Shown here: positions 1-13,647 of the stretch, one piece after another
How positions within the stretch are numbered: the stretch's first letter is position 1
How the letters are laid out: each line of letters starts with the position of its first letter
Origin: Phoronis australis
Taxonomy: Eukaryota > Animalia > Phoronida
Assembly (NCBI GenBank): GCA_002633005.1
Contig: NMRA01000027.1
Coordinates: 875,873-939,872, forward strand
Direction: 5' to 3'
DNA: 64,000 bases
Translations under genes and position numbers: made by a program
Notes under the pieces: generated by a model
Databases searched by the model: none
What the model was told of the DNA's origin: nothing
The model's input: only the letters and a program-made list of their open reading frames with translations

Positions 1-1216
1 TAATCACTAAATACTAAACTGTAATATGAAACGAATATTTTGAACTTCTGTTGAAATAAAAGCATTCTTGTTTACATTCCGGATGTCAATCCCTCATTTA
101 CTCGCCTTTTTGTTATTTTCTCTCACAAGGGAAATCACTTCCGCGTATGTTTTATGGCAAGAAGTACACCTACAAGTAGGACACTTCTCTTACACTTGTA
201 TGGAAAGTGTGAGTTTTAACCTCAAGTGACTCCAAGCATCTGACTACGAGTGCATGCGTCTATACAGTAAATCGTAAGCGGTATTAAGTGATTAGAAACT
301 CTGGGGTGTCCACAACCTTTTTCCTTTTCCCGTACATGAGTTTTTTCAAGCATCATGAATTTGAGATTTTTTTCTGTCAATCTCCTCACACGAAAACTGA
401 ATTATTCTGTACTAGGCCTTGCGAAATGGTACTTCCGTAAAGATATTTTAATGACTTTTCGCGTTCCACGCCTCTTTTGCTACGTATTGCATGCACTAAG
501 TTACAGTACTTATAATTTACACACGTAAAAAGGAAAATATTCCAATATCACCCGTGCTTTAATCCCTCACACTTAAGGCGCCAGTTCCTAGAAAAGGCTG
601 CTGCCTGTTGCCTTCAGCTCTAATTGAAACCCCTCTGAACAGATGGTAATTGATTGTTCTTTTTGAGATTCTCGAAACAACTTTTGTTCTGCCTAATGAA
701 GCAGACCGCTGATATCTGTCTTTTGACTTGGAGGCATCAGCAGATTTAATGGCTCTAATCTTTAGCCTGTGCCGTTGAAGCAGGCTAAGTCATTCGTAAA
801 TATATTTTAGCCCAGCGTTACGCAAAAGTAAAAATAGTCTTCGATTCGAGGAACACACTGGCAACAGTGCCAGCTTGAAAATAAAGTTTAATACCGAATC
901 ACTAACCCAATTCTTATGTGTAAAATGTTTCAGGTGAATGTCTGGGATGGATCCTCGAAGAGAAAACAAGCAACGGAATGAAAATAATAATGTACTGTTC
1001 TTATCAATTGTAACGAAATAAAGTCAATAACATGCATGTCGATACAGACTTGTCGTTTCTATCAGAGCTTTGTTGGTTGCAACTTAGTACAAAACCTGAA
1101 GAGCAATTATAAGTGTTCATAAAATTGGTCTGATAATTGTAATATCGTGATAGGATTCGATCTCCACAACCATCTTCGAGTCAAAGGTAACGCGTTTATT
1201 CTCTACCGGAATTTGC

Positions 1217-1611
1217 AAATTTATGATTGACCAACTCTTGCTCCCTGACTGGTTTTCTTGGGTGGTATAAATTAATTTATTGGTACGGGTAAGGAATGTT
1301 TATATTTTTGTGCATGTAAAATAAATCTTTATCGACAAGCAGTTTACACAAAAATTCCAACATCTTAAGGTTTCATGCTGTTTTACTAAACGGGTTGTTA
1401 TTTCTGATAAGGGAAATTCTGATGCTGATTTATAAACAAATTATCTACTATTATTAACTAATCGTGTAAGGAATTTGATGATGATCTAGTGATATTTGAT
1501 AGATGGGAAATCTCCTCCCACCCTGCTCCAAATTTATCATATGATTGACCAACTCTTGCTCCCTGACAGGTTTTCTTGGGTCGTTGATGGTATCAACTAA
1601 TTTATTTGGGA
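1217..1611 (+). repeat. Local direct duplication (~70-80 bp, two copies)
   Basis: ATGATTGACCAACTCTTGCTCCCTGAC(T/A)GGTTTTCTTGGGT occurs within ~1217-1287 and again within ~1530-1611. Confidence 0.8.
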
Positions 1612-4600
1612 CAAATAAAACAAAAAGAATAATGTATATTTCAAGTTGTATTGAGAATTTCAGGGTCACGCTCTACAAATAATTATTTCACAGAAGGAAA
1701 TAGATGGGTTCCTTAATTACAAGAGATAACACACATATTTCCGATACCCAAAGTACAATTGAGTGTCGGATGCTAAGTGGCACATTTTAGCATAGTACCA
1801 AATAGGTACATAATACCAAATGGGTATTGGAAGGTTGCCTACCAACTGGGTTGAGCAAATGGCAAGTTCAATAACAAGTACCAAGTGGGTACAAACTGAC
1901 AAATGGCCAAATATCATATAAAACACCAAGTGGGTACACCAAACAGCCCACTGGACTATAACAACCTGCAAAGCAGGGTTCCGGACAAGCTGAGTGAACA
2001 GACCAGCCGGAGTGATAAAAATATATTGTAAGGAACGTGGTGTTGTGGCTCAGTATGTGCCGCACATTGGCAGGGTTGTTCATGGATGAACAATCCTGTT
2101 CACCGCCACAACCCGGGGCACAGACCACGAGGACACTTTGGATACCTCACGATGAGCAGTACCGCCCTCGCAGAGCTCGAAACCCAGCCACACTCTAGTT
2201 TACGATAGAGCCGGAGTTTTGGTTGCCGTACATTAGAGGCACCTCTGCTGACACCATACCACACCCACCTATCAGACACTCCTATGCCTTTACTACAAAG
2301 GAAATTTCATTACATAACAGTTCAGGCACAAACATACCTGGAGCATCGGCAGTGGTTCCCACCCGAGCATGGCATGGTACAGGGCCACCCAACGTTCCCG
2401 ATCAGGCCTTCCGCTGGTCCAAGCCGCCCCCAAAACCCAACTCACACTCACTCAGCAAATCCTGAGAAATTCGGCCGGTTTAGGGCAGACTTTAGTACCC
2501 AAGTTTAGTGCCACCCCTCCGAGTAGTACGGATCCAATACACCGTGTAGGAGCTTGGGTAGCTCAGCTGAAGATAACTGACGTTCAAGTTCCTATGTTGT
2601 CGGGTCAAGAGGTTATGCACAACTGTTGGTATTGCAGTGGCACGAATAACTTGCGAACCAGAAAAGGTGGGCGGTGTGACAATGGCTGGGGAGTAACCTA
2701 TGCCGGAAGCATATGCTGTTAGGGAAACTCGTTGCAAAATTGTACTCAGAAAATGGACATGTTTTCTGAAAACAGAAAGATTGTAAATTTTTAAGTTATT
2801 TTTTGTATTTATTTATTGTTTTTTTTTTTTGTTATTTTTGTTAAAGTTAGGAAAGAAGTGATGGTGCAGGAATGGTAAAGCGTCATCAGCATGGTAGATG
2901 TCATTTCATATAAAGATTCATGAACAGACCTAAGATCAGTATTCAAAAAGTGCTTTTTATTTGACGCTGCTTTTAAGATGAAAACCGACAGTTTGATAAA
3001 AATCAGAAATTAAAACGTCCAATTTCTTTGGCATGATATTCAAAAACAAGCCCGTTCAGACTAACCAACAACGGCGGTAGCATGGTTTCCATTTCGGGTT
3101 AGTACCATGGGCTGGTTTGGAGATACCATTTAGCAATTTTTCGAATGTTTCATCCCCAGAACCAGAAAGTAAAACATCACCATGTAACCTTCAGGGGAAG
3201 GTTAATATCGAAACGAAGTACAGAATGGACACATAAACCATTACGGGCAGGCAAACTTGGATATAAATGTACCGGGTAATAATCAAAGTGGTATGGCATG
3301 CGAGTTTCAATCACAATAAAAAGACACGAGGATGGCAGTTTTGAAATATTTTATTGAAAGTAAAACGTAATTTGTTACTTATTAGGGCTGCTATGTAGTT
3401 ACATAACTACTGTGGATCCTACATGTAGCTATGTGCCACAGGAAAACTTGCATGTACATGTATACTATATGGCTAAGAAAAATAAAATATCTAGAAAAAT
3501 CCTACACCACACAACCATTAGAGAAGTCGGCAACAGGATCTCAGGAATAATGACACCGCAAAAAGTCATATAAAATAGACAACAACAAGTACACAAATCA
3601 GGAAGTAATCTGGTCTACAAAATATGTTTGCCGGTAAAAAGGCCTAGCACCGTACCAATGTGTTCAACGCATAAATGTAACTAGAGCTAAGCAAAAGGAC
3701 AAATAACATTTGCGCCGGCGATGTCAAGAAAAGATGGCACATCTAGTCAGTAAATGAAATTAAGCCCAGGGTTCAAGCGTCATGAAAGTTTAGTCTAGAA
3801 AGTTTCATTGGTGGCACGAGGTCATCAGCACTATGCAGCAAGTTATTATGTATGACATGAGAGTGAAACTACAGGCTGGCCCATTACCATGAACTCTGGG
3901 TCAATTAGCACTCCAACTGAGTTGGGGGTAGTGGGATCCCATTGTGCTTCGGTGACGAAAATTTAGGAAGTAGGTTAGGCACTTTTGCGTGGAATATAGG
4001 TTAAAAAATGAAAATTTACAAGATTTTGAAATTGTAAATAAAAATCTTGTGTTAAAATAAGTGAGAAACTACTGGTATGCAGAGATGAGTTATACGCCTA
4101 AACGGGCAGAAGTAACCCACTAGTATTAAAGTGCCGCGCTTTCGAAAACTTGGCGCTGTTACATGAATACTGTTTACTAGTAGCCCGGGTCTAGTGGCTC
4201 CCGGGTTGCAGACGAAAATGACCCTACTTAACCGGCTAACGACAACTGTTAGAGTGACTGGCTTAGGCATAAGCACACCAAAATGAACGAAAATAGTAAA
4301 ATAATGAAAAACAAGTGACGCAATTCGCTCGTTGTGGGGGCACTCGACCGCAGATTTCGTACGACGAAACTATACTCGCCTGACAAGTAGACAAATTAGC
4401 AAGCATGTGTGACGTGATCTCGTCGATCTCTACGTCCGCCTTTCTGCCGCTACGGTAGCCGTCTAATCAAAAATCGTCATGATGGGAAATGCCGACCACG
4501 AACCGGCACGAAAACAAAGTTGACGCATTACCGTAACTTAAGCGCGGTTGGAATAGGTTAAAAATTATGCCAAGAAAACGAAATGTGAAGCATTATGTGA

Positions 4601-5374
4601 GATTAATTGCCACGAATGTTTTCAGATGTTTGAACATGTTTTGCTATCATTAGTTTAATACTATTATTATTAGGTATTATTATCATTATTATTTTTTGGA
4701 TTATTTTATTCAAGGATTATTTATTCGGTTCCAGCATTATATTTCACTGTACGTTTTATTTTTTCTTATTTTGATGAAAATGTTTATTTTGTAATTTTTT
4801 GATGTTTTTGATTTTTGTTTTTATCTTTTTTAGTCATAGTATTTTTTATCTTTTTGAACGGAAGGAACTATGCGAATCAAACGCGAAGATAAGGGCTAGA
4901 GGCCAGAGGCGAAGTACTTGAAGAGGCCTCAACAAACAAGATATTCAAAGTCTAAGGCACAGTATTTCCGTACTATTCTTTGCGAAGTCGAATAAAATAT
5001 AGAAGTGGCAGCCTTAGGCTTTTTTATTTTTTATCTGCTGATAAACCCACCGAAATGGTTGTGCGCTATATCGGACACTTCAGTGTGAGACGCGGCGCTT
5101 TCGAGCTTTACCACACCAGGCTCCGCGGCGACATTCGATAGATTCCCTTCTAGGTCTCAACCATTGTAAATCCCATATGTATACATCAATATTACCCCCT
5201 GTCCTGTTGGAATAGTAATTCCAGTATCCATCATGCACCCAAATTATCAGTATGTCTTGATCCTAGGTCACACGAATGTCAAACTGCTGGCACTCAAACA
5301 GTCTACATGGGTACCCTGACCCCAACTCTGCTGCACTCCTTGTACAAGGCTTAAAATAGCTTTAGGTTACAATA

Positions 5375-5650
5375 CACTGGCACGAAAAACTACACCACAG
5401 CAAGAAACCTATATCGGTAACTCGGACTAACACATAAAAGAATGGGAACCGGGCCGCATGGCAGGCCCTGTCCTACCCGCCCCATTGATAACCGTTATAT
5501 CTCGCCGCGGTTTCTCCCTCTCCAAAGCAGACGGGGATTGCCGCAAGATATCCCACTTATACCCAGGGAAGTGATTGTTTGGATCCAGGGTCATGAACGG
5601 AGGCGCCGCTGCGTATTGGCGAGGGATTGATTTGGGTTTGAGGGATATTA
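5375..5650 (+). mobile_element. Possible decayed Tc1/mariner transposase N-terminal fragment
   Basis: ORF 5442-5630 contains GRPCPTRPIDNRYI...RRRR, resembling the Tc1 GRPRxTTxxxDRxI...VRRRL linker/HTH. TA-CACTG lies upstream. Very degenerate. Confidence 0.25.
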
Positions 5651-8600
5651 GAATCGAAAGAAACGAAATGCAATTGCTTAAAACCTAAAGGCGTCTCGCT
5701 GTCATCCAACTGAAAGAAACCTTTATCCACTATCCTGTATTTCAGTGTCTAACCCATGAGTTGGAAGTGCCTCACAGCTGAAATTGCAGTGCAGATAAAT
5801 TAGTTGCAAGTCGGAACTAGACGATAGGCTGACTCAAAATTGTTAATCTAAAACGGTCTTCAATGAACCAGAATATTCAGGACGTCCCTAAATCAAGTGA
5901 GGACACAATAAGGAATTGGGATTTCCGGATTGTTCACTGTTTGCATCCCAAGCCAAAAGAACTTCATGGCAACGCTGTCTCGTTCCATTTGGTTTATTCA
6001 TTTGAGGAATACACTGGGCACACTTCATTAATTTTTGTATATTCTACTTCTCCCGTTTCTTTTTTTTTCGTGTTGTTTTTATCTTGTGATTTTTTTAACT
6101 TTTAAGTGAAGTGACTACGTGACATGGTCATGCCTACGTGGCAATGAATCGAGTCACGAGAAACGCCAGTAACTTTCACAGGTGAAAGCAGTTTTCCTTT
6201 AGTCCTGTAAGTATTACCAATTTTAAAGACTGTAGAGCCGCGATGAGATCGATTGTTCGCAAGCACACGTTTAAATAGTAGGTAAACCAACTCAGGTTTT
6301 GAAGTCGTACATTGAAAGCGATTTGTGAAATCGATAAAACTCAAACGATTGAGAGGAAATAACTTGCAGAATGTTACACCCTGTACTTATCAAATCAAAA
6401 TCACTTAATATGTTTAGGCAACCGCAAACGGTATTGGGGGTTTTGTTTCGCCTCTTCGAAAATTAATTGATCACACATGTAACTCATCTTTAACCAGCCA
6501 GCTAGCTCTGTGAAGACTATCGTCAAAATGCATCTCTCTGTTCACCGCCGAGAGAACCCAAATTGTGCACTGCCCCTGTAGATCTGCTCGTCAACTGACC
6601 GTGAAATTACTTTCAAAATGAAGAGTTAGAGCCAGGAGTGATGTTTGCAAATCTGGGAATCAACCGACACACACATTACCCGTTCCTGGCATTTCGTGAA
6701 AATCTAGTAATCGCCATGTTAGTGCAAATTTATCCGCTTTTGGTAACATAGCTATTCATTCATTTAAGAAAAATCAGTGAAATTCCTGTGAGCCACTAAG
6801 ATCATGTTTTGAACGCTCTGAGTCCAATGTTTAAATTCAGCAAGAGGACCATCTTGTTTGAGGATTCTTGTAATTATTGCAATATTCTTATTCCGTGTAT
6901 ACATGTACAGTGTACATGCTTTCAGTTTAATCATTCTTGTCTGGTACTTTGATATGCGAAAAGCGCTTGGGGCAGCAGGATTGTGTTGCTCAATGTGGGT
7001 TCTATCACGTTTCTGCTGATTTCAATGGCTTGCTATCTCCTGTATTACTATTACTTGATACCGGCAAGACTCAAATGCTTGATAGTAATGCCGGGAAGTA
7101 CCCATCTCGTTATCTGTCTTTTTCTACGATCACCTATGTTAGCCTTAAATGTTTTCCAAAGTGTCCCTTAAATTAACACTTCGAGAACTTCAGACCAAAA
7201 TTGAAACGATAATCGCCTGTACAGCCTACACTGTATTTGAACAACTGCAACATAGGTGAATGATTAAAGACTGGGATGATTCTAGCTTGAAAACGCAGTA
7301 GCTTCTTAAAATCCACTTTCCCGCCTTCATTTGGAGGATATATTAAGGCCTTTCTTAACATCAACTTAAACGAATTTTAGACAACTACCCCGAAATACCA
7401 GTACCAGAAAATCACTGGTTTAAGCATGAGTGTTTCTATCCATATATCGAAGTTTCTTTGCAATTCCCACATTTCAGACCTTTAATCACAGAAAAGTGGG
7501 GTTGAAATTCTAAAATTGTTGTCGTCTAGTATGGTATATTTCGATCTGACCGGTTTTTGCAGATGGTCTTGACAAGGCCCCCAAGTTGGGTTGGATGCGC
7601 TTGGCTCTCAATATGCGGAAGTTATCAACAAAAGCAAACCGTAATATCAGTTATTGGTGACTCCGTTACCATTACCCTCAGGAAGCTTAGGACGTATCAA
7701 TACAAGCAATGGTGCATTTGTATTAGCCAAGTTGATGTCAAACCCACAACTTGACTAATGTTCTGAAAATAGTTGTTACAAAGTCAATTGCTTTTATAAT
7801 TTCAAAAGATTTTTGCAAAGCAGCTAGTCCCCATTCTTTTGTAGTGACTTGGCAAACCCATGAGAATAATGAACAACACTCAATTTAAAATTGTACTTTA
7901 GCCGTTTAAATTATTTCCCTGATTGGTGCATGCAGGCACTTATAAGTTTCTTAAACGAACTGTTTTGCACAAACCGTGTCAGAGTGAAGCTCTCTATAAG
8001 GTACTAGTAACTTATAGTTTCCCTTAATTTGTGACGGCTTCGAAATAGTCTGGTCAGGTCTTATGTTTATATCTAAAGTCGAACTCAGTAATCTTTCAAT
8101 AGTTTTAGATCAATGACGATTCGCAGTACAGCTACATAAAAAGAACAACGCAGACAAAGTCTAGTGGCAAAATGAACCATCAGATCAGGCCTCTAGCGGT
8201 TTCGCACAGGCTTAAGATTTACCTACAGCTGACAGTGTTGTTTTTGACGGAGAGCGGTGAGTATCCAGTTACAATGACCTATAGGGTTTTAGAAGAGGCT
8301 TAAACTGATCTTATCAATGAGGTTTTATTTAACCAGCAATCCACTGTCCACATACTTTGGCTTAGTTTCTAGTTTTCTCCCTTGTCCCCTCCTCGCATTA
8401 ACATCCATCATTATTTCCTTGTCACCTATTTCTGTAGTACACTCCAACTCCTGCAACTTTCTCTGATATCACCGGTTTCTTCACATTACCTGCAGCCAGT
8501 CGTCACTGTAGTGCATGTTGGAATGTTCCAAAACAAAAATACACATGAACTATTCAAACAAGTATTACATTTGGAGACATCACAACCACTGTCTTATCAT

Positions 8601-9595
8601 AAATTAATAAGTTTGGAAAGACAAACTTCCATGGTACGATGCCGAGGTTGCCCGCGCATGTGGGAAACTTGTTTGCAATCGCTTGTCCTGGTATTGGCTA
8701 TTGTTATGAAATAAAGGTCTTATAGCGTGGAGTGTTTATATGTAGTGAAAAAGTAAAGTGTAGAGTGGCTGCTATCTCAAAGCTTATCGCAGCCAATACC
8801 ACTGCAGTGGTCAAGTGCTTGCCGCAGCACATAAAACCGTCGCGATATCGTGTTTGTCGAATCGTTCACTGAACACTTAAAACCATACGATAGACGATGG
8901 CGTCCATTTTGTGTCGGATGGGAATTTGCAATGCTGCAACCCCCATGAAAATACTGAGGCTATTTGTCGTGGGAAATTTCCATAGCACACGTGACAACAA
9001 GTTAATTTTGCCGCAAGCCAAAAAGCAGGATGGTTGTGCGATGGATTGTTCTATAACATCCTCGACACCTAAACACCGGGACCCCCTTGACCCGCGACTC
9101 ACAACCCAAGTCCCTCTCCACTGACGACTCACAACCCCTCGACCCAGTCTACAAAAGCTCGCCTCGATATTAAGATAGAACAAGCCCTGACTTGTAGGAT
9201 TAATGAGTTAGACCGTGAGCTCGGCTGGCTTTTCCCTGTTTTTTGCAAGTAAGGCAGTCGGTTCGGCAAATTTGAAATCCAAAAACAGAAAAAAAAAAAC
9301 AACAAAACCTAGTCTAAATCAAAACCAAAGACCCACCTACGTTACAAATGCCGTTGCCGGCAGAATATAATCGTCGGGTCTGCTGTTCGGTGATTTGCAT
9401 ATTCAACTTTTTGCGGAGAGTCTGAGGAACAGACAAAACAGTAATTTTACAACTAAATACAAATTGGAAAAAAGCAAGACACATAGTTAAAATATGGCAA
9501 TATGTACATCCAAGTTAGCGTATTCTCTCCCTAAGTGTATAAGAACTGGGCCAGGAATAGCCACTCTTGACAACGATAGCGCGCTTTACCAGGCA

Positions 9596-11662
9596 CCCAA
9601 TGTTTACAAAAATATTCTGAAATTCCGCAATTGTACAACAAATTTATTTTTTCTATATGGTTGTCAAGAAGTCAACTCAAATGAAAATAGGGGTTGATCG
9701 ATATAGTATCAGAATTTCTTTATAGCACTGTTTGTGTGAGTCGATAGAGTTGTATATATGTGTATGAAAATGAATTATTTCACATTCGTAATCATATATC
9801 ATTGTCATCGTAAAGGAGCATGCCACCCAAAAACAACATAATTTGTATCAATTTAGATCGACAAGTTCTACTCAATAACGGCATGTACGGTTGCGTTACC
9901 TGACTCCTGAAGGAAGACGGATGTGTTGAAATTATCCAATGGCATCATTGGTTTCACACACCGTCTGTTCAGCTGTTCACAGCACTAGTTACAGATATCA
10001 GCTTATTGCTTGAATTAATTCATCGTTTGACACCAATTAATCATCAAACTTCGATGTAAAGCCCTTATAAATACACCATGTTCTTATAAAAACCTGTTGT
10101 TTTATTTCGCTGTTGCGGATTTATTCGTATTTGGACACACTGTAGCCTACAATGTTCGGTAGGCCAATAAAGTCAGAAGCAGGAATTTGGGGTCTGTGCG
10201 GATATAAATTCGAAGTATTTTTCTATGAGATGCAGACAGGAGAACCTAGAACTGTGTTGTTTAGGCTTGTGATTTTTGAGTTCAAAACACACGAAACGCT
10301 TGTTATCCTGGCCAGTTGCTGGGAGTGCGATCCAGCCCGTCGCGGCCGGACTTACTTGTTATCCCGGCCAGTGGCTCCTAAGCAGATCAGGCGGGCACGT
10401 CGCAGCCGGACTGAAGACATCACGAACATAAACCAGACAAAGTTGGAAACTACACTTCCAGTCAAGAAAATACTTCACTAGTGAGCCAAAGAAATAATGC
10501 GCACGTGATAATGTTGGTGAATTAGCAATAAACTGAAAATCTACTTACTTGTCGGGGGCCGCGAATTTAGGTTCCGCTATGGCCACAGAACTGTCAGGAC
10601 AAAAGTTGTGCATTGACAATCATTATTTGTATGATGTAAATATAAATAAAAGTTCCCGGCCCTAACACTTGACCGTGGGATAGAAATCGAGTTAATTCAC
10701 AACAGTTTCTGTCAGCAAACACTGAATTAGCTCACACGGCCTCGGTGTCCCGTCATTTAGTTTTATTGCACCTACCTACATGTGAAGCCGGTAACGCAGT
10801 GGTTTATTCATTGCTGGATTCTCAAATAATTTGCAGTCACGAGCACTCCAGAGGCATTGCAAATTGCATGTAATGAGAAAGACTTTCTTTCAATGTTATG
10901 TAATTAAGTATTAGTTAGTGTGTGAATAATTCATTTTTGAAACAGAACGCTCAGTAATAAACGTCATCATGACAACTCACAATCCTGACTTAGACGAGAG
11001 CTCATCCCGAAGAAGGCTTCTCGCAGGTGGATCGTTAAGTTTCACAGGCTATCAGTTCGAACCGGAATACACTGAAATACTAGAGAGGCGCCGTGAACTA
11101 GCTCAGCCAACGGAACGCATTGATAGTTATTTGGCATTCGTCAGGCACTGTAGACGACTGTAGGCCACAGACACGGAGATGTTTTACGGCCTCACACTTG
11201 CTATTTACAGCGTACTTTTCATTCTTCTCTACCGCGAGCCACTTCCTAAGCATTTCGAGCATTCGGGGAAGTCAAAAAACGATACAACCGCTTTCATAGC
11301 AAATACGTAGTTCTGTTAAGCGGGAACGATGCACTGCAGTATAGCCGCATTCATTCTGCAAATGAGACACTGGCGTCGCTGCGTCGTTTCTCACCTTCCT
11401 CACAAATTTACGCAACACTTCTCGGCAAGATGAGGTCAACCGTATGCGAGGCGACTTGGATATAGGCCGAATAAGACAGCAAATAAGACTAATTAAATCG
11501 GGTGGCATTCTCCTTTAACATCATCTTAAATTCATGCATTCGTGTACAATAATTGTATATAGACTTCTTAGTATTTATAAACCAGATCTAATGCCTCTGG
11601 GCGCTTTCTGGGTAATGTAAATTCATTGTATTCCGAAGATTTCGTAATGAACATTTAAAAAA
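9596..11662 (+). mobile_element. Non-LTR retrotransposon (LINE) 3' end, split by the Kolobok insertion (pieces 9596-9813 and 11519-11662)
   Basis: Both pieces align in order to the reverse complement of the LINE copy at 13648-14352 (PNVYK...FFLYGCQEVNSNEN; CCAGATCTAATGCCTC...GGCGCTTTCTGGG; A-rich tail). Confidence 0.85.
9814..11514. mobile_element. Non-autonomous Kolobok DNA transposon (1.7 kb)
   Basis: TIRs AGGAGCATGCCACCC (9814) and GGGTGGCATTCTCCT (ends 11514), 14/15 match. Flanks are GTAA and TTAA, and the empty site in the sister LINE copy contains TTAA. Inside are a THAP-like remnant on minus (VSFFDFP../LRKWL, ~11236-11350) and a YQFEPEY accessory-protein-like start on plus (10969-11070). 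Confidence 0.85.
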
Positions 11663-13647
11663 TGTAGCGCGTCAAAATATGTTATTCAAGACCACAGGCG
11701 TTCTCAAGTCAATCACCAGACTTGTGACAGAGCAGACTCTCGTGTAGGTATGGGAAAATCACCCAGAGACATAATAACATTATGAAATATGTAAAAAAGG
11801 GAAAACCTCTATTGCAACACGTCTTGGGTCGAGGGCTTGGTGGGTTGTGGGAGTTTCAGAGCAATGCTGTTGCTATGTCACCGGGAAAATTCCAAAACCT
11901 GCACAGTCCGCCAAGAACGGAATAATTGGTAAGTACAAGATACGCTGTCAACAACATAACCTACATGCATTCCAGTATATTCCTTCACAGGATAATTTTC
12001 TCCTTTACTAATTCATATCATAGGTTTAGCTAACCGTTGTTCAATTACTGCTCACAAATTGATACACAATAGCATCTTTTTCAGAGTTAAACCTTTACAT
12101 GATAAACTGCAGACGTAATTGGAAACAGTAATAACATACACTTGAACATACATACATACATATAATCTTAGTTGCGCAAACTCGCACACGAATATTTTTT
12201 TCCAAAAATTCCATCTCCACACCTTTAAATTCATGTATCAGTCCACGGATCCACCGACAACAGTACGGCCTAAAGGCGGCAAGGTGGGAGGTCAGCCTTT
12301 CAGAACAATTTTTAGTTGAATAAATTACAATGGGAATGAAACAAACTGGGTTAATAAGACACCATGGAGTTTGGTGGATTAGGAGATACTAGGGTAGTCC
12401 TATACCGAAAGCAAATGGGGCAGTTTCTTTGTGCGTGATGAGTTACTTTGACTACATTTTCTACAGATGTTTCCGATTCAAACAGGGTTTTTTTTCTAAA
12501 CAATTTTGCTACCACATGATAGGTTCACAACCAGTCTAAGCAAAAACGCCACCGACACTAAAATATCGGTTACTTTGATATCACCGTAACTGTTTCTGTG
12601 AGGTACATTTCGTGCTTTTGAAAAAGCCTGCAGTAAGTTATACCGCTATAGAGAGGATACCCCGCGAGAAAACTGAAAATATTAACATGCATATGTAGAA
12701 GACTCCATGCCCTTGGAAGTAATACAAAAAAACTTTGTCAGCTCTTTGTGCAGGCTTGGTAATAGGTGTCTAAGTGTCACTATTTTAAGACCGCGCATTT
12801 GTGTATTTGTAGCTTTAAACCAGTCACTAGTTGTGCGCCTGTTGTACGCATTAGAATAGCGTCGTACTGTATAATACAGCAATTAACAGAATTGGGTGCT
12901 TCAACGTTTTTAATTAATTTTAAGGATACAACCAGTTTCCACTAAAATGTGGAATTATTCTCAATTGGCTTTTCTAACACATTGAATAGCATACAAAATG
13001 CTTTAGTTGAATAATGGCTGATCTAAATTGAGGGCTTGCGAATTTATCTATTTGTCTGGAACTGCCAGTCGCATCGTGGAGCTAAACGAGATATTTTAGA
13101 GCCTTAAAAGTGAGAGTAGGTGATGTGAAAGAGGTGAAACGTGTCCTCCCGTGTAGTAGTATGTCTGCCTCTGTGCTCAGCAAGAGCTAGGTGATCTACT
13201 GTAGTAGATTCATTTGCCTGGATCATCGATAGAACCCTAGACATATATTTTCGTCGCAAAAACACTTAATGTATTCACTGCACGCAAGAGGGGAAATCCG
13301 ACAGAGGTGTGAAAAATTACCAAAGACATAAAAACAAGTTTCAACGTCCTTCTTCGCGTGACTCCTGGTAGGAATCACTAAACTCCAATGTCTGACCCTG
13401 AGGAATAATTTTAGAGGCACGTCATTCATGCATAAGTACTTTTATTGTCGCACTGTGATTGCTTACGACTTGGACATTATTGCTTGATCATATCTTACTT
13501 CAAATGCCTTGAATTATATGCAGTATATACATATTGTTACGCAACTGACTGCGGAGGCGAACAGCTGATCAAATAGAATGTCATATCAACAGTGTTGGCA
13601 ATATTCTGTCGGTGAAAAATAATGTTTGATTGAGTTCATAAGTTTTC

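Noticed and set aside
2492-2737. NLLTRQHRNLNVS resembling the Polinton/Maverick packaging ATPase 'LFT..SHHRN.SV' motif
   Set aside because: No Walker A/B upstream and no convincing downstream motifs; likely chance.
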